IMG/VR virus record: IMGVR_UViG_3300029288_000082
Coordinates: 97,120-161,119 of that record
Strand: one strand, 5' to 3'
Source of the DNA: a virus
Taxonomy: Duplodnaviria; Caudoviricetes
Length of the DNA stretch: 64,000 nt
The position numbers were made by a program, and so were the translations under genes. How positions within the stretch are numbered: the stretch's first letter is position 1; the number at the start of each line of letters is the position of its first letter. Below are positions 9,767 through 19,646 of this stretch, piece by piece. The notes below the pieces were generated by a model. That model had not been told where the DNA came from and searched no databases. It saw only the letters and a list, made by a program, of their open reading frames with translations.

Positions 9767-10194
9767 ATGACACCTCCTGCCTTCCGGATGCGCCGGAACG
9801 CCCGGACCATGGACCGCAGCGGCACGCTGCCCTCCGCCGTCCACTGGACCGCCGTCAGGACCATGCCCACGCCCACGAGGTCGGCATCCTCGGGCGCCTC
9901 CACGGCCCCGAGCTTCCCCTCCTTCTCGAACCAGAATCCGTAGGCGTCCCGCGTCCAACGCACGGTCGCCGTTGCGGGCCCCGCCGGATCGTGGGGCACC
10001 AGGACGACCACGCGCAGGTCGCCCACCTCCTTGCCCTTGGGCCCCCGCAGGCGCGAGGCGAAGCGCGCCGTCGCCCGGGCCACCCCGTCGGACGGCCGCT
10101 GTGGCAGGCGCGCCCGGGCCGCCAGGCGGCGGTCGAAGATCGCCTCCATGATGCGGTCAAGAATGCCCGCCGCTACTGCCGTCCGCGCATCCAC
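9763..10194 (-). CDS. Hypothetical protein
   Basis: Tightly packed ORF within the operon. Confidence 0.6.
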   Translation of the reverse strand: MDARTAVAAGILDRIMEAIFDRRLAARARLPQRPSDGVARATARFASRLRGPKGKEVGDLRVVVLVPHDPAGPATATVRWTRDAYGFWFEKEGKLGAVEAPEDADLVGVGMVLTAVQWTAEGSVPLRSMVRAFRRIRKAGGVI

Positions 10195-10195
10195 G

Positions 10196-10501
10196 TCAGA
10201 TCTTCCCGGCCTTGCGCTTCGCGCTCAGCTCCCGCCGCAGCCCCTCCGGACTGGTGTCCTTCTTCCGGGCCTTCTTCATGGCCTTCGGCATGCCAAGTGG
10301 CTCCCCGCCGTCGTCCGGGAAGAAGATCTCGCTGCCGTTCACCGTGCGCCAGTGCCCCTTCTTGCCCTGGAACTCCCACGTGTCGTCGCCGACCTTCTTG
10401 GAGACCGTCCTGCGCTTGGCCTTCCGCAGCGCATTCCAGAGCTTCTCCGCGCCCCCCGCCTCCTCCAGCGCCTCGAACACCTGCTCCATCGTCACCGACA
10501 T
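10196..10501 (-). CDS. Small basic protein, putative internal head protein
   Basis: Leader MEQVFEALEEA; HWRTVNG motif; Lys-rich. Confidence 0.7.
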   Translation of the reverse strand: MSVTMEQVFEALEEAGGAEKLWNALRKAKRRTVSKKVGDDTWEFQGKKGHWRTVNGSEIFFPDDGGEPLGMPKAMKKARKKDTSPEGLRRELSAKRKAGKI

Positions 10502-10505
10502 GGCA

Positions 10506-11420
10506 TCACCCTGCTTTCCAGGAGGCGAAGAGCTTCTGGGCCTGCTTCAGCATGGCCTCCAGCGCGTCCACCTCCTCGTCGTGCTGCTTGTTCAGCTCCT
10601 CGCGCTCGCGCTTGTCCTTGGCATCCATCGGCGTCCCAGCCCCGTAGATGCGCGCCCGCAGATGCTGGATCTCCTGCCAGTGCCGCTGCAGCTCGGACAG
10701 CGCAAGCGAGAACCGCGCCCCCTCCCGGCTCTCCTCCATCAGCGCCCGCTTGGGATCGGCCGCCGCCGCCTCTGGGATCGTCACGCGCACGGTCTTCCCC
10801 GCGCTGTGCTTCACCGGGTAGGTCGGCACCCGGCCCGAGTTGCTGAACCACGCCCGCACGCCGTCCAGCAACGCCTGGGCCTTGTCCTCCAGCGCGTGCA
10901 TGGCAGCCTCGTGCTGCTTCCAGTTCTTTTTGGCCTCCTGCAGCGCGACCTCCTTCCACGCATCGCCCAACCCATTCACGATGCTAGCCAGTGCGGCCTG
11001 GGACCCGTGCGACGCTTCTGGCGCTGGCACGCCAGCCAGCGATGCCAGATCCTTGGCGATCCACTTGCCGTCCCGCGCGCTGTCAAGCACCCTTCGAACA
11101 GCCCGGTCGATCTTGAACTTGTCGATGGGCTTGTCAGACGGAAGCTCGTCGATCACGGCATCCGCGAAGTGGCGGCCGCCCTTCCCATCCAGGAACTCCC
11201 GGATGGCCTTGGATGGGATGCCCTGATACTTCTGCACGAACACCCGGAACGCTCCGTTCCACGCCTCATCCGGAGGTACAGATCCAGACGGAGCGTCTGA
11301 TAGTCTGCTCGACATTGTCCCGAAGAACCCCCACGACGTGTTCTCCGTGGGCAACACCTGCCCCTGCCGCTTCCCTACCGCTTCGCAGATCTGCTGCCCC
11401 AGCTGCCGCAACGTTCCCAT
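10506..11420 (-). CDS. Hypothetical, putative internal head protein
   Basis: AAGGAG RBS before MGTLRQLGQQICEA. Confidence 0.7.
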   Translation of the reverse strand: MGTLRQLGQQICEAVGKRQGQVLPTENTSWGFFGTMSSRLSDAPSGSVPPDEAWNGAFRVFVQKYQGIPSKAIREFLDGKGGRHFADAVIDELPSDKPIDKFKIDRAVRRVLDSARDGKWIAKDLASLAGVPAPEASHGSQAALASIVNGLGDAWKEVALQEAKKNWKQHEAAMHALEDKAQALLDGVRAWFSNSGRVPTYPVKHSAGKTVRVTIPEAAAADPKRALMEESREGARFSLALSELQRHWQEIQHLRARIYGAGTPMDAKDKREREELNKQHDEEVDALEAMLKQAQKLFASWKAG

Positions 11421-11461
11421 CAGCTTCTCCTTTTTCTCAGCGAACACGTGTTCGCCATCTA

Positions 11462-12298
11462 CTACGCGCGCTCCTCCAGCACACGGAACACGTCCTCCAT
11501 CGACTCCTTGCGGACCCGCGCCTTCCCCTTGCTCCTCCCCTTGGGCGCCGCCCCGCGCTTGGGCGCCACGGCCGGCGCACCCTTCTTCTTGCCCGGGGCC
11601 GCCCCCTTCTTAGCGGGGGCCTTCCGGGCGCCCTTCGCGGGCGCCGCAGCGGCCTGGGGAGCCCGCTTCTTGGCCGGCGCCTTCGCCGCGCCGCCCGGGC
11701 CGTACGACGCCGCCCGGGCTCCCTTGCCCGCTCGCTCCTGCGCGCGCGCGGCCTGCCCGGACGCGAACGCGTGCGTCTCGCCTGCCCGGGACGCCGCTTG
11801 GTAGGTCCCCTTGGCCGCCGCGTAGGACGCCTTGCCAGCGGCCCGCCCCTTCACGTCGCGCACCTTCTTGGCCGCCTGCCGGGCCTGCTTGCCCGCCTGT
11901 GTGAAGCGGAAGCTGTGCGCCTGCACCCCCCGCTTGGCCGTGACGGCCGCCTTGCCCACGGCCTTGGCCGCGCCCGCGACCCCCTTGCCCACCTTCACGA
12001 TCTTGCCGAAGACCATCTTGGTCCCGGGCGGCAGCTTCTTCTTGACGGCCGCCGCCTTGCCCTTGAGCCAGCTGCCCAGCCCCTCCAGCGCCAGCTCCTG
12101 CTGCGCCGTCAGCGGGCCATCCGCAGCCGCCTCCAGCAGGTCCGCCAGGAAGTCCAGCCGATCCGCGTCCGCCTCCTCGAAGAGATCTGCCAGCATGTCG
12201 CCGTCCGCCTCCATGAGGAGCGCCAGCGCCTCCTCCCCCTCGACCTCGAACAGCGGCCCCCCCTCGATTCCCTCAAACACGTCCTGCATCGTCCTCAT
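11462..12298 (-). CDS. Protein with acidic N-terminus and Lys/Ala/Pro-rich histone-H1-like C-terminus
   Basis: GGAGG RBS; KAPAKKRAP...KAPAKKGAAPGKKKGAPAVAPKRGAAPK. Confidence 0.75.
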   Translation of the reverse strand: MRTMQDVFEGIEGGPLFEVEGEEALALLMEADGDMLADLFEEADADRLDFLADLLEAAADGPLTAQQELALEGLGSWLKGKAAAVKKKLPPGTKMVFGKIVKVGKGVAGAAKAVGKAAVTAKRGVQAHSFRFTQAGKQARQAAKKVRDVKGRAAGKASYAAAKGTYQAASRAGETHAFASGQAARAQERAGKGARAASYGPGGAAKAPAKKRAPQAAAAPAKGARKAPAKKGAAPGKKKGAPAVAPKRGAAPKGRSKGKARVRKESMEDVFRVLEERA

Positions 12299-12308
12299 GG
12301 CGACCCTC

Positions 12309-12776
12309 CTACTCTGCTTCCTCTTGTAGCGCACGCGCCGCTAGCTGGTCCAGATCCTTCGGCAACGAAGCCGCGCGCGCTGGCATGGGCGCAGCAGTCA
12401 CGGGCACTACCTCCACCACCGGAGGAACCGCTCCCCCCTGGCCAGCCCCGGCCACCATGGGCATCCGCATGTAGCCCGTGCTCACAGACGCACGCTGGAG
12501 CAACATCGCGTTCACCGTCTCGCGCAATGCAGTTTCCGCAGCATCCATCCGCTCCATGCGCTCGCACATCGACTCTATGCGCGCCTTCAGCAGCTGGTAC
12601 GCCACATCCGCCTTGGCCTCCGCCTTGTCATCCGTGTCGTCCAAGAATTCCCAGAACCCTGGCACCCCCATGGCCGCCACAAGAAGGACTGCAACCGTAG
12701 GGAGCCCAGCACGCTTCAACATGGAAGCCTTCTCCGCGATCTCGGAAATTCCACTCTGCTTGTCGGTCTTCGCCAC
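12309..12776 (-). CDS. Single-TM plus coiled-coil membrane protein (possible lysis accessory)
   Basis: GGAGAGG RBS, GTG start; hydrophobic LPTVAVLLVAAMGVPGFW segment followed by a coiled coil. Confidence 0.6.
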   Translation of the reverse strand: MAKTDKQSGISEIAEKASMLKRAGLPTVAVLLVAAMGVPGFWEFLDDTDDKAEAKADVAYQLLKARIESMCERMERMDAAETALRETVNAMLLQRASVSTGYMRMPMVAGAGQGGAVPPVVEVVPVTAAPMPARAASLPKDLDQLAARALQEEAE

Positions 12777-12788
12777 GGTACACCTCTC

Positions 12789-13268
12789 CTAAACTTCGTC
12801 TGGCTCGGTATCGTATCCACCGCACTTCGGACACTTCACCTCGAACGTGCTCTTGCCCAGCTTCTTCCGAAAGCGCGCGCCACACTCGTTGCACAGCATC
12901 CGCGTGCCAACAGCCTCGGCAACGATGTCCTCGCTGACAACCTTGGTCGCGCCAATGACCACCGTCGTCTCGTCGCTCAGGAAGCCGCCCGTGATGCGGA
13001 ACAGCACGCCGTCCCCCTGCCGCTCCCACCGCACCTGCACCGGCCGGTACGCCGGGTCTCCACCCTCCTTCCGGTGGTGGAACTCCGCCACCTCGCGCTC
13101 CCGCAGCGGCCCCCGGCCGTTCCACCACTCGCCCCCCAGGCCGATCTCCAGTGCCCCGTCCAGGGGGTGCCAGATGAAGTCCAGCAGCCCCTTCGTGGCC
13201 GCGATGCGCAGCGTCGAGGCGAAGCCCTCGTTCACCGCTCGGTCCAACTGCTCGATCAAGTGCCTCAT
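12789..13268 (-). CDS. Hypothetical protein with C-terminal Zn ribbon
   Basis: CNECG...CPKCGG; leader MRHLIEQLDRAVNEG. Confidence 0.7.
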   Translation of the reverse strand: MRHLIEQLDRAVNEGFASTLRIAATKGLLDFIWHPLDGALEIGLGGEWWNGRGPLREREVAEFHHRKEGGDPAYRPVQVRWERQGDGVLFRITGGFLSDETTVVIGATKVVSEDIVAEAVGTRMLCNECGARFRKKLGKSTFEVKCPKCGGYDTEPDEV

Positions 13269-13271
13269 GAT

Positions 13272-13856
13272 TTAGAACCTCCCAGCTAATCCCTCTCTCG
13301 CAGAGAAGATCCGCAGTTCGGTGAACGCTTCAACTTGAACATCGAGTTCCATGATGCTGACCTCGCCAGAGGTGGCATCCATATCAGACCCTGGCTTGTA
13401 CCTGGTCGGAATTGCGTTCCACAATAACCAAACTCTACCTGGAAGAAACTGCGATGATTCCCATGCCTCAATAGCAATCGGAAGCATAACTTCCAAATCG
13501 TCCTTGTTCTTTGTGTTGATGTTCGTGAACTGGATCAGCAGCAGGTTGCGCGGCACCATGTCGATACCGCGGAGCGCGCGCGTGATCCACTGGTAGAACG
13601 TGTCGTCGTAGCAGCGCGCGCCGCGCATCAGCGTGATCGCGCCCACGCTCCCCCCGCTGTACACGTACTTTTTGTACATGGAGTTGACCTGCTTGACCTC
13701 GTCCACCTCCAGCGTCAGCTCGGGCATCGTGATGCTCTGGTAGCCCATGATGGGCGACCCCAGCACGAAGAAGGGGAACGTGGACGAGGGCACCAGGTCC
13801 AGCAGCCAGAAGCGGTGACTTTGGAGGAGGTCCTCCAGCGGGTGACGATTCGGCAT
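13272..13856 (-). CDS. Tail tube-like protein 2 (gp19 family)
   Basis: GYQSITMPE, ITLMRG..., WLLWNAIPTRYKP..DMDATSGEVSIMELD. Confidence 0.85.
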   Translation of the reverse strand: MPNRHPLEDLLQSHRFWLLDLVPSSTFPFFVLGSPIMGYQSITMPELTLEVDEVKQVNSMYKKYVYSGGSVGAITLMRGARCYDDTFYQWITRALRGIDMVPRNLLLIQFTNINTKNKDDLEVMLPIAIEAWESSQFLPGRVWLLWNAIPTRYKPGSDMDATSGEVSIMELDVQVEAFTELRIFSAREGLAGRF

Positions 13857-13883
13857 CTTGGGCGCCTCCTCGCCCGCCGGGGA

Positions 13884-14417
13884 CTAGGAGTTGAGCAGCT
13901 CGACCTTCTCCAGGGCGAAGTCCACCTCGGCCAGCGACACCTCGCCAGACATCGAGTCGAAGTCCGCGGACGGCTTCACGCGCATGGGGATGCAGTTGTG
14001 GCACACGACGCGCCGGAAATCCGTGCTCTGCGCAGATTGCGCTGCATCGGCCATTTCCGCGCGCTGGTAGTGCCAGATGGTCACGTCAGACCGGAACTTC
14101 TCGCCAGTGACAGCCCGCATCACCCAGTCGTAGAACGCCATATCCCGCTTCGCCACGCCCCGCATCAGCGTGCAGTCGGACACGGTGGGAGGCCCCGCGT
14201 ACTTCTGCGTCCAGGTCCAGGTGCCCTCCCTGTACTCCGACGCCTCCAGCGAGATCTCGGGGATGGTCACCGACTGGAAGCCCGCCTGGCCGCCACCCTC
14301 GAACGGTTCGAGGCTTGCCCCACGCTCGGGCGTCTGGAGCAGATCTGTCCCATCCTCGTTCACCGCCGAAGCGTGGAACCGGAAGCCCTGCATGAGATCG
14401 TCTACCGTCGCGCGCAT
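13884..14417 (-). CDS. Tail tube protein (gp19 family)
   Basis: FRFH, AGFQSVTIPE...EYREG...TLMRGV...FYDWV...DFDSMSGEVSLAEV. Confidence 0.9.
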   Translation of the reverse strand: MRATVDDLMQGFRFHASAVNEDGTDLLQTPERGASLEPFEGGGQAGFQSVTIPEISLEASEYREGTWTWTQKYAGPPTVSDCTLMRGVAKRDMAFYDWVMRAVTGEKFRSDVTIWHYQRAEMADAAQSAQSTDFRRVVCHNCIPMRVKPSADFDSMSGEVSLAEVDFALEKVELLNS

Positions 14418-14437
14418 GTCACTCTCCTTCGCTCGCG

Positions 14438-14920
14438 CTACCGCCCGGGCGGGTAGCTCTCCGCGCCCAGGATGGGCGCCATGTCAAACGTGTTCTGGCT
14501 CCAACCCGGCCCCGTGAACACGACCACCCGGCCGTTGCCCGGCGCCATCACTGCCGCCGAGGTCACCTGGATCGCCCATCCCGGCGGCACCAGGATTCCG
14601 CCCCCCTCGCGCGACACGTACTCGCCCGACGCCGCCGCCACCTGGTTCAACTGGTAGATCACGCCGTCCGGGTCCACCAAGTTGATCGTGATGTTGCCGC
14701 CGCCGTTCAGGTTCCACACCACCCGCTCCAGGCGCCACCCGTTCCCGAAGCCCACCGGCAGCTGGAACAGGCCCGCCACCGTGCACGCCATCCAGCGCCG
14801 GTAGCCGCCCCGGAACAGCGTCTCCTCGCTGTCGGTCCCGTCGGGGGCCACCCCCGTGAGCTGGTTGCCCGCCGCGATCTCGTGGACCATCACCTGCGGG
14901 ATGCGCCGGATCTCAGCCAT
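14438..14920 (-). CDS. Hypothetical tail-region structural protein
   Basis: Beta-rich ORF between sheath and tube, with RBS GAGGTGGAG. Confidence 0.7.
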   Translation of the reverse strand: MAEIRRIPQVMVHEIAAGNQLTGVAPDGTDSEETLFRGGYRRWMACTVAGLFQLPVGFGNGWRLERVVWNLNGGGNITINLVDPDGVIYQLNQVAAASGEYVSREGGGILVPPGWAIQVTSAAVMAPGNGRVVVFTGPGWSQNTFDMAPILGAESYPPGR

Positions 14921-14961
14921 GCTCCACCTCGAACCTATTTACACATCTTCCAGTCATGTGC

Positions 14962-17900
14962 CTAACCAATCGAACGTTGGCTGAACCGGAAACAAATATA
15001 TTCCGCCGGCTTGTTGCAGGCGATGCCCACGTCGCAGTAGACGATGCCCTGGTCGACTGTGTTCTGCGGGTTGTTGGACCGGTTGCAGATCACGAAGAAG
15101 GCCTCCTCGGGGGTGCTGCCGGCGAAGTAGCCGCCCTGGTAGAGGCCGGACAGGAAGTTGGTCAGCTGGGTGGTGATCGCGTTCCAGAGCGGCGGCCCGT
15201 TGTTCTTGAAGACGTGGATGTGGGTGGCGTTGAACACGCTCTTCTCGACGAACATGAACAGCCGCCGCATCTGGATGTAGGGCCACTCGCCACCGGCCAC
15301 GTCCAGGGAGCGCACGCCCCAGACCACGCGGCCAGTGATGGGCCACTCTACGAGGCAGTTGATCTTGTTCTCGGTGCAGTAGCCCACCTGGGCCTGCGTG
15401 AGCGTGTACTCCAGGCCCTGCGACCAGGACAGGGATCCGTCCTCCATGCCGCCGGGCGCCTTGCCCACGTTCTTGTTGCTGTCCGTGCGCGCGTACACGC
15501 CCGCGACGTGGCCGCCCGGGGGCACGTCCACCACGGTGGAGGTGATCGGGTCGCGCACCTTGATGTGCGGGTAGTAGATGGCGCCGAAGGAGCTGTAGCG
15601 GTTGAGCGTGAAGCGCTTCCAGGTCACGGCCTCCTGGTACTCCAGGCCGAACGGCACCGCGCAGATGACGAACTTGTCCTTCATCAGCTCAGCGTAGGTG
15701 AGCAGCGCGTCGATGACGTAGGGGTCGGTCTGGAAGTCGGCCGCCACCAGCTGCATCAGCTCGTCCACCTTGCCGAAGGCGTACAGGCCGCGCATGTCGG
15801 CCGCCAGCAGCGGGCTCACGATGTCGTCGCTGTCGGTAGCGGATCCATCCAAGCCGCCGGTCAGCAGACCCTCGATGGACGAATCCGGCTCGGCGTAGTA
15901 GTCCGCCAGCTCGCCGCCCGTGAGGGAATCGGCACCGAACACGTCCAGCGGCGCCGTGATGCCCAACGCGGTGAGCGTACCCGCGGGCACCGGGTTGGAG
16001 AAGGTCAGCTCGGCTGTCGCCCCGGTCAGCAGCGTGCGGGTGGTCTGCGTGCCGTCGCCGTTGTCATCCACCACCACGACCCCGGGCAACCCGGCCTCGA
16101 CCAGCGCCTCGTATTCATCCGCGCGCACCGCTTCGATGTCGTCCACGTCGCCGGTGCCATTCACGGGCGGGTTAAGCCAATCCAGCAGCGCGTCCGCCGT
16201 CCCGCCAGCGACGTGGGCCACGGTGGAGTTGAGCCCCCACACGTCGGACGTGACGCGCATGTTGACGCCGTCCAGGGACGCGAACGCCCCGGGCACCTGC
16301 GCGTTGACCGCGTTGATCGCATCCGCAACCGCCCACACGCCACCCAGCGGCGGCGTGAACGTCACCGTGCGCTGCGTCCCGCCGATGTCCAGGATCGTCG
16401 TCAGGCCATCCAGCAAGAGGCCCGCACCCCACACCGTCGACTCGGTGAGGTACCCCTGCGTGGCGTTGAACGTGATCGTGGCGGGGGCGCCCAGGCCGTT
16501 TGCGTCGAGATCGAAGCTGCAGCCAGGAGTGAGGACCCACGGCCCCGCCGTCGAGGTCTTCGATGCGGCCGTGGCCGTGGTGAACGTGCCGGCCGGCCCG
16601 GCCGCGGGGTCGCCCGCGATCTTCCAGGTCAGCACGATCTCGCCGGTGTCGTAGTCGATCGTGTTGGTGCCCGACGTGTTCAGCTCGAACTTGGTCGGGG
16701 ATCCCACCACCGGAGGCGTCAGCGTGGCCGGGTCGGCGATGCTCAGCACGCCGTTGCCATCGTCGATCACCGTCACGGGCTGCGCATAGGTGCAATCGAT
16801 CAGCACCGCGGAGTCCACCACGAATGTGTCAGCCGCTGGCGTGAGGTCGATCGCGATGGCGCCGGTGGTGTAGGTGATGGTGCCGACGCCGAACCCGCCA
16901 TAGGTCAGGTTTCCAGCGCCGTCGTCTACCAGCACGCTGCCAGGGCCGCCGCCCGTGAGGTTGGCGGTGATCAGCACGCTGCCCGCCACCAGCGCCGCCG
17001 GGGTCCACGTCAGGTTGGGCACCGCCGTGATCGGGTTGGTGCCCGTGCCGATGCGGGTGAGGTGCTCGATGAAGCGGAACTCGGCCACGAACGTGGTCGG
17101 GAACACGTCGTGCGCGAGCTGGTACTGCCAGCCCTTCCAGACGCCATCGTACGGGTCTGGCACGACCAGCGAGGACCCGTCGCTGTGCTGCTGGTAGGTG
17201 TAAAGGTTCTCGTTGAGGTACGCGGTACCAGCCAGCTCAGGCGGGTTCTGGGCGTTGCCGTAGTCCGTGACGGTGACGTACTGCGACCCGTTGATGGCGT
17301 CGTTCATCACGGTCACGATGTAGTTCTTGCTGGTCTCGTCGTCGAACACGACATCGGAGAAGGTCTCCAGCGTGCTCCACGCGCGGTCGGTCGGATCCTG
17401 GTTGAGATCCTCCTGGATGGTGATCGTGAACCGCGACCAGCTGGCTGTCGAGGAGGTGAGATAGTCGTCGCTGCCCGGCGTGATCAGGACGCGGAAGTAG
17501 TTGCCCACGAGGCCCGGCCACTGCATCTCGAACCGCAGCACGCGGTAGGTGTAGTCGGCCAGGATGCGCCGCGGCGTGCCCGTGTACTCTCCGGGCACCG
17601 CCAGGTCGATGGTGATCTCGCCCGAGTCGTAGTCGATGCTGCCCGCGCCGCCCGTGCCCGTGCCGAGGACGTGCACCATGGTGCCCGCGCCATCGTCCGC
17701 GAACGCGTTCACCAGCGCCGGGTTGGCGTTCTCGAACGTCACCGTCGCGGTTCCGGGCGTCACCGGCACGTGGTCGACCTGCAGCTCGTAGTGGCCCGCC
17801 GGGTCGGCGGTCACGCTCAGCTGCTCGTCCACGGCGTCCAGCTCGTAGTCCCAGGAGGCGTTGTCCGCGTCGTCGTGCGTGGCGCGCACCACGTACAGGC

Positions 17901-18135
17901 GCTGGCCGCCATTCTGGAAGAAGGCGTACGCCATGGTGGGCAGCAGCCCCTTCTCGGTGAAGCTGCCGAACTTGGTGACGAACTCGGTGAACGACGTGCA
18001 CAGGACCGGATAGTCCACCTCGCCCCGCGTGGTGAAGCCGATCAGGCCCAGGTTGGAAGTCGTCACGCCCGAGATCGGGCCGGGTCCGCTGGAGACCTCC
18101 TTGATGTAGACGCCCGGGTAAGTGAATTCAGACAC
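14962..18135 (-). CDS. Contractile tail sheath protein (1057 aa, with large insertions)
   Basis: YPGVYIKE N-terminus; YYPHI, PPGGHVAGVYARTD...GKAPGG, WGVRSL, YIQMRRLF and KPAEYI sheath motifs. Confidence 0.95.
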   Translation of the reverse strand: MSEFTYPGVYIKEVSSGPGPISGVTTSNLGLIGFTTRGEVDYPVLCTSFTEFVTKFGSFTEKGLLPTMAYAFFQNGGQRLYVVRATHDDADNASWDYELDAVDEQLSVTADPAGHYELQVDHVPVTPGTATVTFENANPALVNAFADDGAGTMVHVLGTGTGGAGSIDYDSGEITIDLAVPGEYTGTPRRILADYTYRVLRFEMQWPGLVGNYFRVLITPGSDDYLTSSTASWSRFTITIQEDLNQDPTDRAWSTLETFSDVVFDDETSKNYIVTVMNDAINGSQYVTVTDYGNAQNPPELAGTAYLNENLYTYQQHSDGSSLVVPDPYDGVWKGWQYQLAHDVFPTTFVAEFRFIEHLTRIGTGTNPITAVPNLTWTPAALVAGSVLITANLTGGGPGSVLVDDGAGNLTYGGFGVGTITYTTGAIAIDLTPAADTFVVDSAVLIDCTYAQPVTVIDDGNGVLSIADPATLTPPVVGSPTKFELNTSGTNTIDYDTGEIVLTWKIAGDPAAGPAGTFTTATAASKTSTAGPWVLTPGCSFDLDANGLGAPATITFNATQGYLTESTVWGAGLLLDGLTTILDIGGTQRTVTFTPPLGGVWAVADAINAVNAQVPGAFASLDGVNMRVTSDVWGLNSTVAHVAGGTADALLDWLNPPVNGTGDVDDIEAVRADEYEALVEAGLPGVVVVDDNGDGTQTTRTLLTGATAELTFSNPVPAGTLTALGITAPLDVFGADSLTGGELADYYAEPDSSIEGLLTGGLDGSATDSDDIVSPLLAADMRGLYAFGKVDELMQLVAADFQTDPYVIDALLTYAELMKDKFVICAVPFGLEYQEAVTWKRFTLNRYSSFGAIYYPHIKVRDPITSTVVDVPPGGHVAGVYARTDSNKNVGKAPGGMEDGSLSWSQGLEYTLTQAQVGYCTENKINCLVEWPITGRVVWGVRSLDVAGGEWPYIQMRRLFMFVEKSVFNATHIHVFKNNGPPLWNAITTQLTNFLSGLYQGGYFAGSTPEEAFFVICNRSNNPQNTVDQGIVYCDVGIACNKPAEYICFRFSQRSIG

Positions 18136-18233
18136 GGATTGCCTCCTTGTTCGGCTCGGAGAATTTTCTCGCGTGCATCATGACCGGTCCTCAGTCGTCG
18201 AGGATTTCAGGCCACCTCGCTGGCCTTGCTAGA

Positions 18234-18698
18234 TCAGAAGTGGCGCCGCCGCTTGCTGCCCCGCCGCTCGCCGTCCTTGTGATCCACCGCCTCCGCGCCG
18301 GCTTCTTCCACCGGCGCATCAGATCCATGTGCGACCGGCGCCGCAGCAGCTTCCCCCGCCACCACCGCCAGCTCGTGCTCCGTGAACTCCGGCTTGCCCA
18401 CCGGCTTCTTGGGGGGCATCTCCTTGGACTTCGTGACGCCCTTCTCCGCGAAGTACCGGGCCAGAGCGGACTTCGGCACCACGTCCGCCACCTTCTGGTC
18501 GGTGACCGCCACGTTGGTGCGGAGGGGCGCCCCCGCGGGCCGCCCCGTGCGCCGCAGCACGCCCCGGCGCAGGAGAGCCTGCGCCGCAGGCGTCATATCC
18601 ACGATCTCCACCTTGGTGTGCGGCGCCACAGCCACGGACTTGGTGCGGCTCACTGGGATCCCTGTCGGAACGCTACCGGAGTAGTAGTACCAGCTCAT
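18234..18698 (-). CDS. Hypothetical protein preceding the sheath
   Basis: ORF with RBS (AGGA) and GC3 bias. Confidence 0.65.
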   Translation of the reverse strand: MSWYYYSGSVPTGIPVSRTKSVAVAPHTKVEIVDMTPAAQALLRRGVLRRTGRPAGAPLRTNVAVTDQKVADVVPKSALARYFAEKGVTKSKEMPPKKPVGKPEFTEHELAVVAGEAAAAPVAHGSDAPVEEAGAEAVDHKDGERRGSKRRRHF

Positions 18699-18870
18699 GC
18701 AGTCCTGCTATCTTTCTGGCGCGCAACGGTGCGCACCGGCGTCGAGGTTTTCAGGCCACCTCGCTGGCATTGCAAACTCAAAAGTTGCACGCGCACACGT
18801 GTGCGCGCCAGCGCTCCCCTCTCCACAGGCGTCACTTCTCCAATGTCCTCTGGAAGCTGTTGCGGATTCA

Positions 18871-19566
18871 TCATGACGGACGGTACCTGGCGTAGGTCAC
18901 GTCGGACACCACCTGTTGCACGGCCGGCATCTCCACGGGATCGTGAAGGTCGATTTCTGCGCGTACCGTGAAAGAAATGGTCCATGCCGCTGTCCTGTCT
19001 GCGATGTCAGCAAGTTCGGATGTCTCCGACACGCTGATCTCTCCTGCGTCATATTCTCGCACATCGCCTAAGCTGTCAATCACCCGGAAGATGAACCAGG
19101 GGGGCAGGCAGCGCCGCAACACGTAGTGCAGGATAAGGTGAGCCTCCTGGCGACGCCGCGCCATGACCTGAAGATCGTAGGCCAGGTCCATCGGGGTGCC
19201 CCGCCACTGATTCTCGTAGCGGTCGTAGCCCACCGTCCCATCGGGAAGCGTGATTTTCTGGGCCCCCTTCGCGGGCGCCCGGGCCACCCACTGGTACCAC
19301 GGGTGCCGATCAAAGGCCGGGGTCATGGATGTCATCTTGAAGGTGACGCAGGGCAGCACGAACGACTGGTAAGCATCCTCGGGCTCCAGGTACAGCAGGG
19401 GGACCCGATCGTCCAGGTGGGCCAGCTCGGAGCGCACGCCCGGGACCGCCAGCACGTTGACCCCGCGAAGGTCACCGTCCACCTCGTAGGTGGCCACCTC
19501 CGCGCCCAGCGTCAGCGGCACGCCGGCATCCCAGCTCCGGGCGTTCAGCGTGCCGAGGATGGTCAT
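18871..19566 (-). CDS. Tail terminator / sheath stabiliser (gp15-like)
   Basis: LPCVTF...FDRHP...PMDLAYDLQV...WTISFTVRAE pattern; located upstream of the sheath. Confidence 0.65.
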   Translation of the reverse strand: MTILGTLNARSWDAGVPLTLGAEVATYEVDGDLRGVNVLAVPGVRSELAHLDDRVPLLYLEPEDAYQSFVLPCVTFKMTSMTPAFDRHPWYQWVARAPAKGAQKITLPDGTVGYDRYENQWRGTPMDLAYDLQVMARRRQEAHLILHYVLRRCLPPWFIFRVIDSLGDVREYDAGEISVSETSELADIADRTAAWTISFTVRAEIDLHDPVEMPAVQQVVSDVTYARYRPS

Positions 19567-19646
19567 ATCGTGTTCCTATCGATGCGCACCGCAGCCTTCA
19601 CGCAATGGGCTTAGCGAACACGTGTTCGCTGCTGGGCAACCCTGGG

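Noticed and set aside
14956-18183. Long plus-strand ORFs (1075 aa here; also 37818-41189, 51736-53034, 58308-59696 and others)
   Set aside because: These are antisense shadows of GC3-biased minus-strand genes, with no RBS or recognisable motifs.
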